Below are positions 48,587 to 58,104 of a DNA stretch of 64,000 bases, piece by piece. The stretch's first letter is position 1, and the number at the start of each line of letters is the position of its first letter. The translations under genes were made by a program, and so were the position numbers. The stretch covers positions 2,941,216 through 3,005,215 of the forward strand of contig OZ255715.1 in NCBI GenBank assembly GCA_965277175.1. The letters are read 5' to 3'. Source of the DNA: Edaphobacter sp. (GTDB taxonomy: Bacteria > Acidobacteriota > Terriglobia > Terriglobales > Acidobacteriaceae). The notes below the pieces were generated by a model, which saw only the letters and a list, made by a program, of their open reading frames with translations, searched no databases and was not told where the DNA came from.

Positions 48587-49432
48587 ATGAAGATGCTCAT
48601 CACCATTCCGATCGCCTTGGCGATGACCGTGGCAGGGGCACAAACGACCAGCCAAAATCAGATTCGTCATGTGGAGACATCGCTGAATCATCTGACGGTC
48701 CTCGAGTTCGGCGAACCCGTGTCTACCATTGCCGTAGCTGATACCGACAGCTTTCGCGTGGAACATCACGACGACAAAGTCTTCGTCGAGCCGCTTCGCG
48801 AAGGGGTTGCGACCAATCTGTTCATCTGGACCGAATCGCGCCAGCTCACCTACGAACTTGATCCCGCCGGACAGTTAGCAACCATGGACGTCCTCATTCG
48901 GACCGAGCCTGCTCCCAAGCCTCATAGTGTCGCGAACGCTTCCGCGGAGCCAAGCGACGCTGAGATCCGTAAGATGGCATCCCTTGTTCTGACGCAGGCG
49001 ATGATGGGGGTACAGGACGTGTCCCACGATGGCTCCAAGTCCATTGCCGATCGAGTGCAGGTTGATCTCGAGCAGGTCTATCGTGCAAAAGACCAGCTCT
49101 ACATTCGCTACTCCATCACCAATCAAACGAAGGAACCATTCCGGCTCACGACTCCCGATGTGTCCGCACCGCTTCCCACCCAGTTGCCGATCTCTCTATT
49201 GAGCTTGCGCAACCACCAGCTCTCGACTCAGACGTTCGATGCCTTCAAGGCAAAACCCGGCAGCACTTTTACGGTGGTACAAGCTGAATCCTTAGGCCAC
49301 GATCTAGCTCCAGGCCAGAAGACCACCGGAGTGCTCAGCATTGGAAGCCCTCAGGGGAACCCACCCCAGCTCTTTCAACTCAATTTCGGCAGCGACCAGG
49401 GTAAGCCTCTCAAGGTTGAGGCCGTCCTCTAG
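48587..49432 (+). CDS. Second VirB9/TraK-like secreted protein
   Basis: Signal peptide; LTVLEFGEPVSTIAVA, KVFVEP, TNLFIWT resemble the N-domain of 33241-34191. Confidence 0.55.
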   Translation: MKMLITIPIALAMTVAGAQTTSQNQIRHVETSLNHLTVLEFGEPVSTIAVADTDSFRVEHHDDKVFVEPLREGVATNLFIWTESRQLTYELDPAGQLATMDVLIRTEPAPKPHSVANASAEPSDAEIRKMASLVLTQAMMGVQDVSHDGSKSIADRVQVDLEQVYRAKDQLYIRYSITNQTKEPFRLTTPDVSAPLPTQLPISLLSLRNHQLSTQTFDAFKAKPGSTFTVVQAESLGHDLAPGQKTTGVLSIGSPQGNPPQLFQLNFGSDQGKPLKVEAVL

Positions 49433-49434
49433 TC

Positions 49435-49671
49435 ATGGACGCGCAAGGCCATGTCACGCCAGAGGAGATTCGCAGAGCGCTCCTCACGATGTATCGAGGC
49501 GATACCGAATCGAATCTGCAGCGCGCGCTCCTTCGCCTCCTGGCCGACGATCTCAAACCTATTGATGAGCGAGGCCGCTGGAAGCCAAGCCCGCTTCTCA
49601 TTCTGATCGTTGTTCTTGTCTGCGCCCTGGTTGGAGTTTTCCTTTACTTCACGATTGGAGCCCGTCGATGA
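49435..49671 (+). CDS. Small membrane protein
   Basis: C-terminal TM helix; coupled to the T4CP gene. Confidence 0.6.
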   Translation: MDAQGHVTPEEIRRALLTMYRGDTESNLQRALLRLLADDLKPIDERGRWKPSPLLILIVVLVCALVGVFLYFTIGARR

Positions 49672-51464
49672 GTCCTGCATACGAACCACCTCCACGGAGG
49701 TTTCAACCGGGACCCGAAGATGTGACCGGCGTCCTTGTCCTTTTCGGATGTGCTGTGCTGGCCTTCGGCTGGTATGTCGCCGTCTCCCGATTGCACCTAC
49801 GCAATTCCCAATGCCTCGAACTCTTCATGGACTTTGCCGTGCTGTTTTTCGGTGGTGGGCTCGTGATCGCCCAACTTGCGGGCAAGAGGCGCAAACGCGA
49901 GGAGAACTGGCCCCATCCTCCTCTCTTTGTTCCGTCGCTCACAGACAGCAAAATCGCTCGTGAGACCAATCGGGATGCCGCGACGTTGCTCGGATATAAC
50001 GTCCACGAGGAGCCTTGGCTGTGGCCCGATGTCGTTCGCATGAAGCACGGTGTCATTGTCGGTGGCACCGGCGCGGGCAAATCGACGTTCCTGGAAAATA
50101 TCATTGCTCAGGACCTGATGCGTCGATTTGGGAGCCGCAAGATGCCAATGATCATCTTCGACGGCAAGGGCGAACGGGAATTCCTTGACCGCCTTCTGCC
50201 GCACATCGAGGCGGCTGGGCGTCTGCAGGACCTCCGTGTTCTCGATCCGACGCACCCCACAGAGTCGGCTCGTTACAACCCCTTCTATGCACTCGACGAC
50301 GCCTATCAGGAGCACGTTAATTTCGTCTTTCGGTCTTTCGGCTTGCGAGAGGATTTCTTCAAGGGGCACCAGGAAGCGTATTTGTCCGACCTTGTTCGCA
50401 TCCTCCAGTACACCGGCAAGCTGTTCAATGTATACGACGTGTTGGTCATGGCACTCGACGAGAACGTCCTCCAGGAGCAGATAGGGATCGCCAAAGGCCG
50501 CCTTGCCTCTCTGGCCGGCGTCTCAATGCAAAGGCGATTGAACTTTGAGATGTCGGTGCGGATGTTACAGCGGTCCCTCGCCGACCGGGAGCGCGTGGAG
50601 AAGATTCAGGGATTATTGAACGAGCTTCTGAGCTTTCTGGAGGACGAGCTTTCCATCGTAACCGGGTCATATCAGGATCTCTTGACCCTGGACGATGTAT
50701 TTGAGCAAGACCTTATTCTGTTCGTCTCGCTCAACACGAATCGCAATCAACGTGCGGTCGAGGCTCTGGGAAAGATCCTGCTGCAGAACATCCAGCTCAT
50801 GGTCGGCAAGCGTTACGCGCGCGCCACCGGCGAGAGAGACGCGAACGAACCGATGCTCTCGGTGATCCTCGATGAGTTCGCTCCGTTTGCCTATCCGGGA
50901 TTTACGCAAGTTCTTCAGACCGCACGAGGCGCCAGAGTGTCTTTCCTGTTTTCTTTCCAGAGCCTGCCCCAGTTGCAGCGGGTTAGCCAGGCATTCTCAG
51001 ACGAGGTATCCTCCGCGCCGGGCACCAAGATGATCATGAATGTGTCCGAAGAGAATACGGCGCAATGGTTCCTGAAGGCGTCAGCCAAAGTCACGACAAA
51101 ACGTCGCAGCTTATCTGTACGCAGGACCGGCCTCTTCTCGCCCAAGTACACCGAAACCGGGACCGGCAGCGAGAGTGACATCAAGGAAACGCGAGCGCGG
51201 GAAGACCACATCAAGAATCTTCCCGTGGGTCAGATGGAGATATTGATGGTGGACAGTCGAGAAGGCACGCGCTACTCCCACCTCCATGTCCGTCGTGCCC
51301 CCAGCTTCCGCATCGAGGGGCTCGCCCCGCGGCTCTATCCGAAGATGCACAGTTATCTTGACCCGGAAGTTGGTGTCAACCTCCGTTTCAAAGAGACAGA
51401 GAATCGAAAACAACGACGCAGAAGAATGGCGGGAGTATCTCTCGACACGTCCACAGGAGAGTGA
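49668..51464 (+). CDS. Type IV coupling protein (VirD4/TraG-TraD family)
   Basis: Two TM helices, GGTGAGKS, FDGKG, YNP, ILDEF, ARGARV..FSFQS. Confidence 0.9.
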   Translation: MSPAYEPPPRRFQPGPEDVTGVLVLFGCAVLAFGWYVAVSRLHLRNSQCLELFMDFAVLFFGGGLVIAQLAGKRRKREENWPHPPLFVPSLTDSKIARETNRDAATLLGYNVHEEPWLWPDVVRMKHGVIVGGTGAGKSTFLENIIAQDLMRRFGSRKMPMIIFDGKGEREFLDRLLPHIEAAGRLQDLRVLDPTHPTESARYNPFYALDDAYQEHVNFVFRSFGLREDFFKGHQEAYLSDLVRILQYTGKLFNVYDVLVMALDENVLQEQIGIAKGRLASLAGVSMQRRLNFEMSVRMLQRSLADRERVEKIQGLLNELLSFLEDELSIVTGSYQDLLTLDDVFEQDLILFVSLNTNRNQRAVEALGKILLQNIQLMVGKRYARATGERDANEPMLSVILDEFAPFAYPGFTQVLQTARGARVSFLFSFQSLPQLQRVSQAFSDEVSSAPGTKMIMNVSEENTAQWFLKASAKVTTKRRSLSVRRTGLFSPKYTETGTGSESDIKETRAREDHIKNLPVGQMEILMVDSREGTRYSHLHVRRAPSFRIEGLAPRLYPKMHSYLDPEVGVNLRFKETENRKQRRRRMAGVSLDTSTGE

Positions 51465-52219
51465 AGATGACCCGGCTTTCAATGACTCTCTGCGCGCTGA
51501 TGCTTGCTTTTGCGGCCCCCTCCTCCGGCCAAACGCTCAATCCGGCAGCGCCATCGCAACATCCCCCGCGCAAGCAGGAGGGTTTCTTTGACTTCGTGCT
51601 CGGCAAGATCAATCCCAGCGGAAACGACTATGGCGCGCGGATGCAATCCGGCCGGGATGCTGTCGTTGTAAACACGGTCGATGATTTGTATTTCTGGTCG
51701 AATGCAATGACCCTCCTTTTGCTCACCGGATCGGTGGCCGTCATCTTGTTGCAATGGAGATCGGAGGCCAAAAGAGAGGTCATCACCGCGTCCATCATTG
51801 CCGAGCTTTGGAACGGCCGGGTCAGCGATGGAATAGAACTCAATCGCCGCACAGAGCAGTTCAATCAGCTTGTCGCCACTCACAATGCAGACGTAGAGAA
51901 GGCTCTCGCGCTCAAGCAGCAACAGCAAGGGTCGGACAAAGAGACATCAGGGAATCTCACTCGGAACGTTCGCAAGCTCACAGAGAATGACTCGAGCACG
52001 GGACGGAAGGCTGTTCCTCCCGAGCCGCCAGTAGTTGAGGTGGCCAATGTTCCTGCTGCGGATGGCGGCAGTGGGAATCTACAGCAATCCAATCTGTTGC
52101 TCCAGCGAAGGATCGAGGCGATGCAAAACACAGAGCAAAACCTGAAGCAACGTCTCAGCCAAACGACCGCCCTCCTCGATCAGGAGCGCCGCCGCAATGC
52201 CACCCTCAAGGGCGCATAG
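51461..52219 (+). CDS. Hypothetical exported/membrane coiled-coil protein
   Basis: Signal peptide, one TM helix, C-terminal heptads. Confidence 0.65.
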   Translation: MKMTRLSMTLCALMLAFAAPSSGQTLNPAAPSQHPPRKQEGFFDFVLGKINPSGNDYGARMQSGRDAVVVNTVDDLYFWSNAMTLLLLTGSVAVILLQWRSEAKREVITASIIAELWNGRVSDGIELNRRTEQFNQLVATHNADVEKALALKQQQQGSDKETSGNLTRNVRKLTENDSSTGRKAVPPEPPVVEVANVPAADGGSGNLQQSNLLLQRRIEAMQNTEQNLKQRLSQTTALLDQERRRNATLKGA

Positions 52220-52229
52220 AAAGGTCGAT

Positions 52230-52904
52230 ATGCCCATCCGGAGCAGAACCGAATTTGCCAGCCAGGAAGAATGGACCGCGTACGTGCGCGATTTCGTCCC
52301 AGTCGTTGAGTGTGAGTACGTCCTCGCGTGTGGACGCACCGAACTATTCAAGAGCTTCTACGAAGTGCGGAAGCAGGAGTTTCCCGCTGAATACACAGAA
52401 GAATTGGGGCGCATTCAAACCCTCTCCGAACCTCGCCGGACCGACAGCCTTCAGCGTTTGAATGAGCGAATCTTTGCCGGCCTCACGGAATTGCTGTTCC
52501 ACCAGACACAGCTCAAACGAATCGAGGCAGCTCCACTCGCTCCCGTTTCTCTGAAGGAACAAGTCCAGGAGTTACTAAATCATCTTGCGGAGAAGAACCC
52601 GTACTTCGCCCTCTGGGTTGATTACAAGCGAGGACTTGCGGAGAACTTACAGACACAAGACTGGGATCAATATCTGCGGAAGGAACTCGGACCAGCCGAC
52701 GAGGACGCCATCGTCTTCGCCAAAGCGATGGCCGATCTGGACAAGCTCCTGCTCCATTTCCGGGATCAGAACGTGCCATTGCCGCGTTATTTCTTCGAGC
52801 GTGCCTGGTTCCTTCACTATTTGCGCAGCCCGGAACGGATGCTCCAGACACGAGCTCTCTTGAACACACTTGCCACGGAGACCGGGGAATGTACGTGCGC
52901 GTAA
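52230..52904 (+). CDS. Hypothetical protein
   Basis: In-operon ORF with RBS. Confidence 0.65.
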   Translation: MPIRSRTEFASQEEWTAYVRDFVPVVECEYVLACGRTELFKSFYEVRKQEFPAEYTEELGRIQTLSEPRRTDSLQRLNERIFAGLTELLFHQTQLKRIEAAPLAPVSLKEQVQELLNHLAEKNPYFALWVDYKRGLAENLQTQDWDQYLRKELGPADEDAIVFAKAMADLDKLLLHFRDQNVPLPRYFFERAWFLHYLRSPERMLQTRALLNTLATETGECTCA

Positions 52905-53425
52905 TCAACTTCGGAACGAACTGGTGGATGATGCACCCATCGGATAAGGACGATCCTTACTGCTTTCGCCGGCGCGCGGCCTACTTCAATGCGGCAGCTC
53001 TGAAATCGGGCAGGCGCCTTCATCACAGTGCGATCTATCCCGGACAAATCAGGTTCAACACACAAAGCGGATTCGATCCGGAGTTTCCGTCGCGCGCGAT
53101 CGGTAGGACATTTCTCTGCTCGGGGCCTAACCAGTTCGCTGGGAAAGTACATCTCCTGTTCCAACGATTGGCGAAGGACGTCGATCCAGACGGCTATTTG
53201 GTGGTTCTCAATTCGTTTGAGCATGGCCTGATTCGGTTCCGCGAACCGGGGTGGGCGTCGTCTGGTGTGAACCCGATCTCGATCAGCATGAGAGGTCAGA
53301 GGTTCGAAGCCATGCTGTTGCTTAGAGCAGGCGATTGGATTGAAAGCGATCTCGGGCGCTGGCGTGTAAGCGAAAACGGTGACGGTCTCTCACTCTTCTA
53401 CGGGCAGGACGGTAGGTTCTCATGA
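52889..53425 (+). CDS. Hypothetical protein
   Basis: Overlaps both neighbours; ATGA-coupled to the relaxase. Confidence 0.65.
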   Translation: MYVRVINFGTNWWMMHPSDKDDPYCFRRRAAYFNAAALKSGRRLHHSAIYPGQIRFNTQSGFDPEFPSRAIGRTFLCSGPNQFAGKVHLLFQRLAKDVDPDGYLVVLNSFEHGLIRFREPGWASSGVNPISISMRGQRFEAMLLLRAGDWIESDLGRWRVSENGDGLSLFYGQDGRFS

Positions 53426-54201
53426 GGTATTACAAAGGCTATATCGCTCTATCCGAAGCACGCGACGTGCCCGTCTTGCTCCATATCCGCAACGCTCGCG
53501 CCATCTGTTTCGACCAACTCTTCGAGCTAATCTCGCTCGAAATGGAGGCTCCCCTGGTGCGATCTCTCCGTTGGCGCGTCGCGCGACTGGTAAAGGCTGG
53601 CCTCCTTTCACGGCTGGAAACATACCGACATCTTGGGAAACCAGTCCTCGGAATTACGCACCAAGGTCTCGAATGCCTTGAAGCACGCGGCCATTATTTG
53701 CTCTCCCTGCCAAGCAACGCCGAACAGATTTTGCACCCATCCCAGGTGCCGCATGCGTTAGAACTCGTGAATATCCGCATCGCTCTGGCGAAGGGCGGCC
53801 TGCTTCGCTCCTGGAAATGCGAACTCGAAATCACCTCGCGGAATCTGGTTGTCGAGAGTTCAGCAACCAAAGATTACGACGCCATCGCGGAGATCGCGTT
53901 CGATGGAGACTGCAAACGGCTGGCAATTGAGTACGAGAGGAATCCGAAGGCGGCGCAGCGGTATCGCGCCATCCGTGACGTACTCGACAAGGACGAGACG
54001 GCGGATACGATTCTCTATCTGACTTCGAACGACGATATCTTGTACCTTCTCGCTGTCGAGATGCGATCTTGCCGGAGACAGATTGGCTTCGCGCTGAGTG
54101 AATCCTTCCGGCGATCCTTGCTCGAAACGCGCACCTTGACCAACACAGAAGACTCAGCAGTCGTCTCGTTGCGAGATCTCCTCGCGGCCAAAGGGCGATA
54201 G
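53422..54201 (+). CDS. MOBC-family relaxase (Replic_Relax domain)
   Basis: wHTH N-terminus, PHAL, and D-x16-E-Y-E-R-x2-K-x3-R-Y (53878-53964), the MOBC signature. Confidence 0.82.
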   Translation: MRYYKGYIALSEARDVPVLLHIRNARAICFDQLFELISLEMEAPLVRSLRWRVARLVKAGLLSRLETYRHLGKPVLGITHQGLECLEARGHYLLSLPSNAEQILHPSQVPHALELVNIRIALAKGGLLRSWKCELEITSRNLVVESSATKDYDAIAEIAFDGDCKRLAIEYERNPKAAQRYRAIRDVLDKDETADTILYLTSNDDILYLLAVEMRSCRRQIGFALSESFRRSLLETRTLTNTEDSAVVSLRDLLAAKGR

Positions 54202-54225
54202 CTAATCCTGTTTTCTTCTAAATCT

Positions 54226-54360
54226 CTTTGACTACCTATCGTGGAGCGATTGCAGTTGCAATGGCTCTCCATTGGCGACCTTTTGACTGACTTTGCATTG
54301 CTTTTGACTAGAATCGGCCCCTCCTAACTCTCTTTCCTTCTATGACTTGCTTCTTGACTA
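54226..54360. other. Candidate oriT of ICE-2
   Basis: Non-coding, directly after the relaxase; imperfect hairpin at 54243-54270 plus TTGACT repeats at 54228, 54283, 54304, 54354 (ATGACT at 54342). Confidence 0.45.
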
Positions 54361-54469
54361 TCCCCTTGTACATGGCTCCGTTTTGAGGGGTCCGTGATGA
54401 GGTGGTGCGGGACGGAAGAGCGAATAGCTAAACCCCTGGAAGTAATAGCCAACGGAAAGGAGGGCTGAT

Positions 54470-55291
54470 ATGACGCAAGGATTAGAAGAAGTGCAACGTA
54501 TTGCGCAAGAGTATGGGCGTGATCTTGCGTTCGTGGTGAACCATTCTGGGGGGAAAGACTCTACAAGAACGCTGGGATTCGTTCGCAAGAAGTTCCCGCA
54601 AATCCCGACTTACGCGGTGATGGCAGACACCGGATTCGAACATGTATCCCCAATCTCTGCCGCCGACTTTGCACGAGCACGGTGCGCAGAGTTTGGTATC
54701 GAGTTGACCGTTGTGCGCAACCCGAAGCGTACCTACCTGGAGATGGTGGAGCAACGTGGCATGTTTCCGTCGGCGCAGTACCGCCAATGTACGTCGGATC
54801 TGAAGCGCGGACCTATCGAGAAATTCATTCGGAGTCTACCGCACAAGGTGATCGTCAACTGCATGGGTATCCGGTCGGAAGAGTCCAATCCAAGGTCTCG
54901 CCTGTCACCCCTAACCCCGAATGAAGCGCTCTCGACTCGGCAGCGCATGGTTCACAACTGGCTTCCGATCTTCGATCGAACCCTCTCCGATGTTCTCGCG
55001 TGGCACTGGGTGAATGCTATCCGGCTTCATCCCGTGTACGTTCCTGAGTACCACAAGGATGGAACTTCGGGCGGATATCTCCGCCGCTTCTCCTGCCGAG
55101 TCTGCATCTTCTCGACCGATGCAGACCTTGCTGCGATTAATCTGCACGATCGCGATGCGTTCGATGCGGTCGCGTCTCTCGAACGCAAGTTGAAGTTCAC
55201 AATGCGACCCGGCGCAAGTCTGGTCCAGATCGTGGAAACCCACGCCTCAAAGCAGGCCGAGGAAGCACGACAGCAGAGCTTCTGTTTCTGA
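54470..55291 (+). CDS. PAPS-reductase (PP-loop) family protein
   Basis: SGGKDS, ADTG, CTSDLKRGP, GIRSEES, NWLPIFD, SCRVC. Confidence 0.88.
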   Translation: MTQGLEEVQRIAQEYGRDLAFVVNHSGGKDSTRTLGFVRKKFPQIPTYAVMADTGFEHVSPISAADFARARCAEFGIELTVVRNPKRTYLEMVEQRGMFPSAQYRQCTSDLKRGPIEKFIRSLPHKVIVNCMGIRSEESNPRSRLSPLTPNEALSTRQRMVHNWLPIFDRTLSDVLAWHWVNAIRLHPVYVPEYHKDGTSGGYLRRFSCRVCIFSTDADLAAINLHDRDAFDAVASLERKLKFTMRPGASLVQIVETHASKQAEEARQQSFCF

Positions 55292-55454
55292 CGGAGAATT
55301 CGTCGGCTACGGCAGAACCAACTTTTCCTACTTTGCCCAGAGCCATCCCGTCTGTCGTTCGATGGTGCGTTAGCGCGCCACAGAACATCCACCGCGCAAT
55401 CCACACCGCCCAACCCAAACTGCACGCACCGTGCCACAACGGAAAGGATTTCCC

Positions 55455-55712
55455 ATGCCCAATATTCCTCGCATTGTCTCGGCTCCGGTCGAGTACATCC
55501 CCGTCCTATCAGCCCGCTTCGCCCGGCGCGTGGCGGTGTGTGTTCTCGTGACCGTGCTCGATGTGGCCGTCACCTCCACTTGCGCTCCCCCGCTTTATCA
55601 GGTGAGTGCGGCCCATCCAGTGTGGCTTGCAGGGCTAGCGGTTCTGTTCGCCGCGATGTTCCTCACGCTCGTTCACATCTGGTTTCGTACGCTGCGCGGA
55701 CGCTCGCGCTAG
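55455..55712 (+). CDS. Small 2-TM membrane protein (paralog of 31526-31837)
   Basis: VTVLDV...LVHIW. Confidence 0.6.
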   Translation: MPNIPRIVSAPVEYIPVLSARFARRVAVCVLVTVLDVAVTSTCAPPLYQVSAAHPVWLAGLAVLFAAMFLTLVHIWFRTLRGRSR

Positions 55713-55756
55713 GAGTGAATGTCCACAAACCCAAACCGCAAGAGAGGAGATTCACC

Positions 55757-56125
55757 ATGAGACGAGCTTTAGGAAAGATGTCTGTCCACCACTTGTTCGA
55801 CTGGCGCAATCGCGTCGGCGACACCGTTCAGGAAACCATCGAAGCCTTCCTCAAAGACGGCGAGGTTGGTGAGCATGTCGCAGCGCGCTGGATCGAGACT
55901 CCCAAAGGCGTCATGATCCTGCAAATGATGAAAGACGACCCGGAATGCGGTGGTGTCTTCGTCTTCGATCGCGAATCCGCGCAATGGTACCTGCTCGATT
56001 TCGAGCGCTTCGATCGGCCGTTCACCCCGAATTTGTTTGACCGCATTTTCCGGGAATACAAGCTCTTCGCATTCCTGGATCAACCCGGGCTGTTGTCCAA
56101 AAAGCAGCAGTCGGCAACCGCTTAG
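55757..56125 (+). CDS. Hypothetical protein
   Basis: RBS AGGAGA, globular composition. Confidence 0.65.
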   Translation: MRRALGKMSVHHLFDWRNRVGDTVQETIEAFLKDGEVGEHVAARWIETPKGVMILQMMKDDPECGGVFVFDRESAQWYLLDFERFDRPFTPNLFDRIFREYKLFAFLDQPGLLSKKQQSATA

Positions 56126-56188
56126 TCCATTCCCCCCATCGCACGACCCCAAAACTAAAACCCAACTTCCATTCTAGGAGGAGTCACC

Positions 56189-56371
56189 ATGCGTCTGTCC
56201 GCAGGCCGTATTCGTTCGATCAACCGCAGCATAGCAAGAGTCAATGGCATCATCTGTGGTGCTTCTGACAGGATTCCGCGCCGTCCACTCGAATTCCCGA
56301 AAACCTCCGGGGCGTCGATTCCGCCACACACGATCAAGGTCGTAGCCGTTCCAAAATCCATCGCCGCCTAA
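56189..56371 (+). CDS. Small hypothetical protein
   Basis: Strong RBS AGGAGG; 60 aa. Confidence 0.45.
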   Translation: MRLSAGRIRSINRSIARVNGIICGASDRIPRRPLEFPKTSGASIPPHTIKVVAVPKSIAA

Positions 56372-56437
56372 CCCTGATGCTCCCGGATACGGCGGGCTGG
56401 ACGTGCCACAAGAGCACATCCGCCCGCCGATCTGGCA

Positions 56438-56453
56438 AATTTGACCGAGTTTG
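56438..56453 (+). promoter_or_regulatory. ICE-2 operon-head motif facing the primase-ssb operon
   Basis: AATTTGACCGAGTTTG; TTGACC-17 bp-TACAAC. Confidence 0.65.
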
Positions 56454-56496
56454 GGGTCCGGGGTACAACCACACAGCTGAGAAAGGAGACCCCGAT

Positions 56497-57444
56497 ATGC
56501 CGACCCACTTTTGTGTAAGCGGCCAAACCGCCGAAGACTTCATGCGACTGTTCGTAAACCGTCTCGCCTACTGCATTCAGAGAGAAAAGGCCCATCCGGA
56601 CGACAGTGCTCCCTACATCAAGCAGAAGCGACCGCTGGACCTGGGAGCGGTCAGGATGCACCTGAACGGTGACGCGACGATCAGCTTGTTTGCGATCAAC
56701 CCGAAGACCCAGAGTTGCAAGTGGGTGGCGATCGATGCCGATTTCGACGATGCCCTCGACGCTCTCTTCGAATTACGACGCGAACTCAAGCAGGACGGAA
56801 TCGAAGCGGCTCTCGAACAATCTCGCCGCGGCGGTCACCTCTGGATCTTCGGCGAGAATCCCTTACTGGCTTCCCAGTGCCGTATCTATATTTACAACCT
56901 TGCCCTCCGCCTCGGGGTCCCCGTCAAAGGCGGGGGCCTCAAGGAAGGAATCGAAGTCTTCCCGCGGCAGGATCAGATCGCCGACGGAGCATACGGAAAT
57001 GCCATCCGAGGACCGTTGGGCGTTCATCGCAAGACTAACCGGCGTTACTGGTTTTACGACGCCGATGTCACTCCGGAGGCGCAGCTCGCTTATTTGCAAG
57101 GGCTGAAGAAGCTCACGGCGGCGGAACTTGAAACCCTTACCCAGGGGATGCAACTGCCGCATGCCTATCGACCGCCCGCGCCGGTACCGTTCGTTTCACG
57201 GACGCCGATCGCAGGACAGCGGGAGTTCCGCATCCTCGACTACGTGCAGACCACGGGCAAGCAGGACAGCCGCAACTGGAAGGCGCAATGCCCGTCTTGC
57301 GCCGAAGCCGGACGAGACCGATCTCGAAACAATCTCGGAATCAAGATTTCCGATCCGCGCTTTTACATATGCCGCGCTGGATGCACTAAGGAGGAAATAC
57401 GCGCGGCACTCGGCCAACCCATCCGCAAAGTGGCAATGGCTTAG
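56497..57444 (+). CDS. AEP-superfamily primase-like protein with a C-terminal zinc finger
   Basis: IDAD (motif I), SRRGGHLW (motif II), EVFP, GNAIRGPLG; CPSC...C-x3-C. Confidence 0.78.
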   Translation: MPTHFCVSGQTAEDFMRLFVNRLAYCIQREKAHPDDSAPYIKQKRPLDLGAVRMHLNGDATISLFAINPKTQSCKWVAIDADFDDALDALFELRRELKQDGIEAALEQSRRGGHLWIFGENPLLASQCRIYIYNLALRLGVPVKGGGLKEGIEVFPRQDQIADGAYGNAIRGPLGVHRKTNRRYWFYDADVTPEAQLAYLQGLKKLTAAELETLTQGMQLPHAYRPPAPVPFVSRTPIAGQREFRILDYVQTTGKQDSRNWKAQCPSCAEAGRDRSRNNLGIKISDPRFYICRAGCTKEEIRAALGQPIRKVAMA

Positions 57445-57453
57445 GAGGCGACC

Positions 57454-58104
57454 ATGGCGAACCCGTCCGAACAACGTGCTCTTTCTTCCGGCTCCTCCTC
57501 TCAGCCATTGCATGGCCTTTCGCTCCCTTCCGCAACGCTTCAGGCGCTCCAGCGGCGAGGTATTTACTGCACACCCGGAGTCACCGTCGAACACCAGCAT
57601 CTCGCAAAGCGATATGTGTTGCGTGGTGTAGAGTCTGGTGGCGCGGTAGCAGACATGGGACGCTTCTGCGCTTACCTGTCGGCGGAGGGGTTACCTCTTC
57701 CGTGGCTCCAAACCATCGACTCGCTTGCTGTCAATGGCAGGCATGCGATCATTCTGGCCGAAAGTTTGGTTCGGATTGAGATGCTACGTATGATCCGCAC
57801 CTGCGAGCTGTCCATATCCCTGCACGCTTTGTCTCTGCAGCCTGGGAGAACACGTCCGGAGATTACATCGAAATCAATGTTTCGCGGACATGATGGCTTC
57901 CTTCCCCTGGAACTGTGGAGAGAGGAGCACAGGACGTTGCGTGGGCAACTGGTGCCCGTCTTCTACACGCGTTCCGGAGAGCCAATGCAACTGCCGCGAC
58001 GTTTTGAGGAAGCCATCCGAAAGGTAACGGCGGCAGTCTGTTGCATCGGTTGTAAGCACGTCCATGTCGGCTTTCCTCCGAAAGCGGACGAGGTGCCCTT
58101 GTGA
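57454..58104 (+). CDS. Hypothetical protein
   Basis: RBS AGGAGG; in operon. Confidence 0.7.
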   Translation: MANPSEQRALSSGSSSQPLHGLSLPSATLQALQRRGIYCTPGVTVEHQHLAKRYVLRGVESGGAVADMGRFCAYLSAEGLPLPWLQTIDSLAVNGRHAIILAESLVRIEMLRMIRTCELSISLHALSLQPGRTRPEITSKSMFRGHDGFLPLELWREEHRTLRGQLVPVFYTRSGEPMQLPRRFEEAIRKVTAAVCCIGCKHVHVGFPPKADEVPL

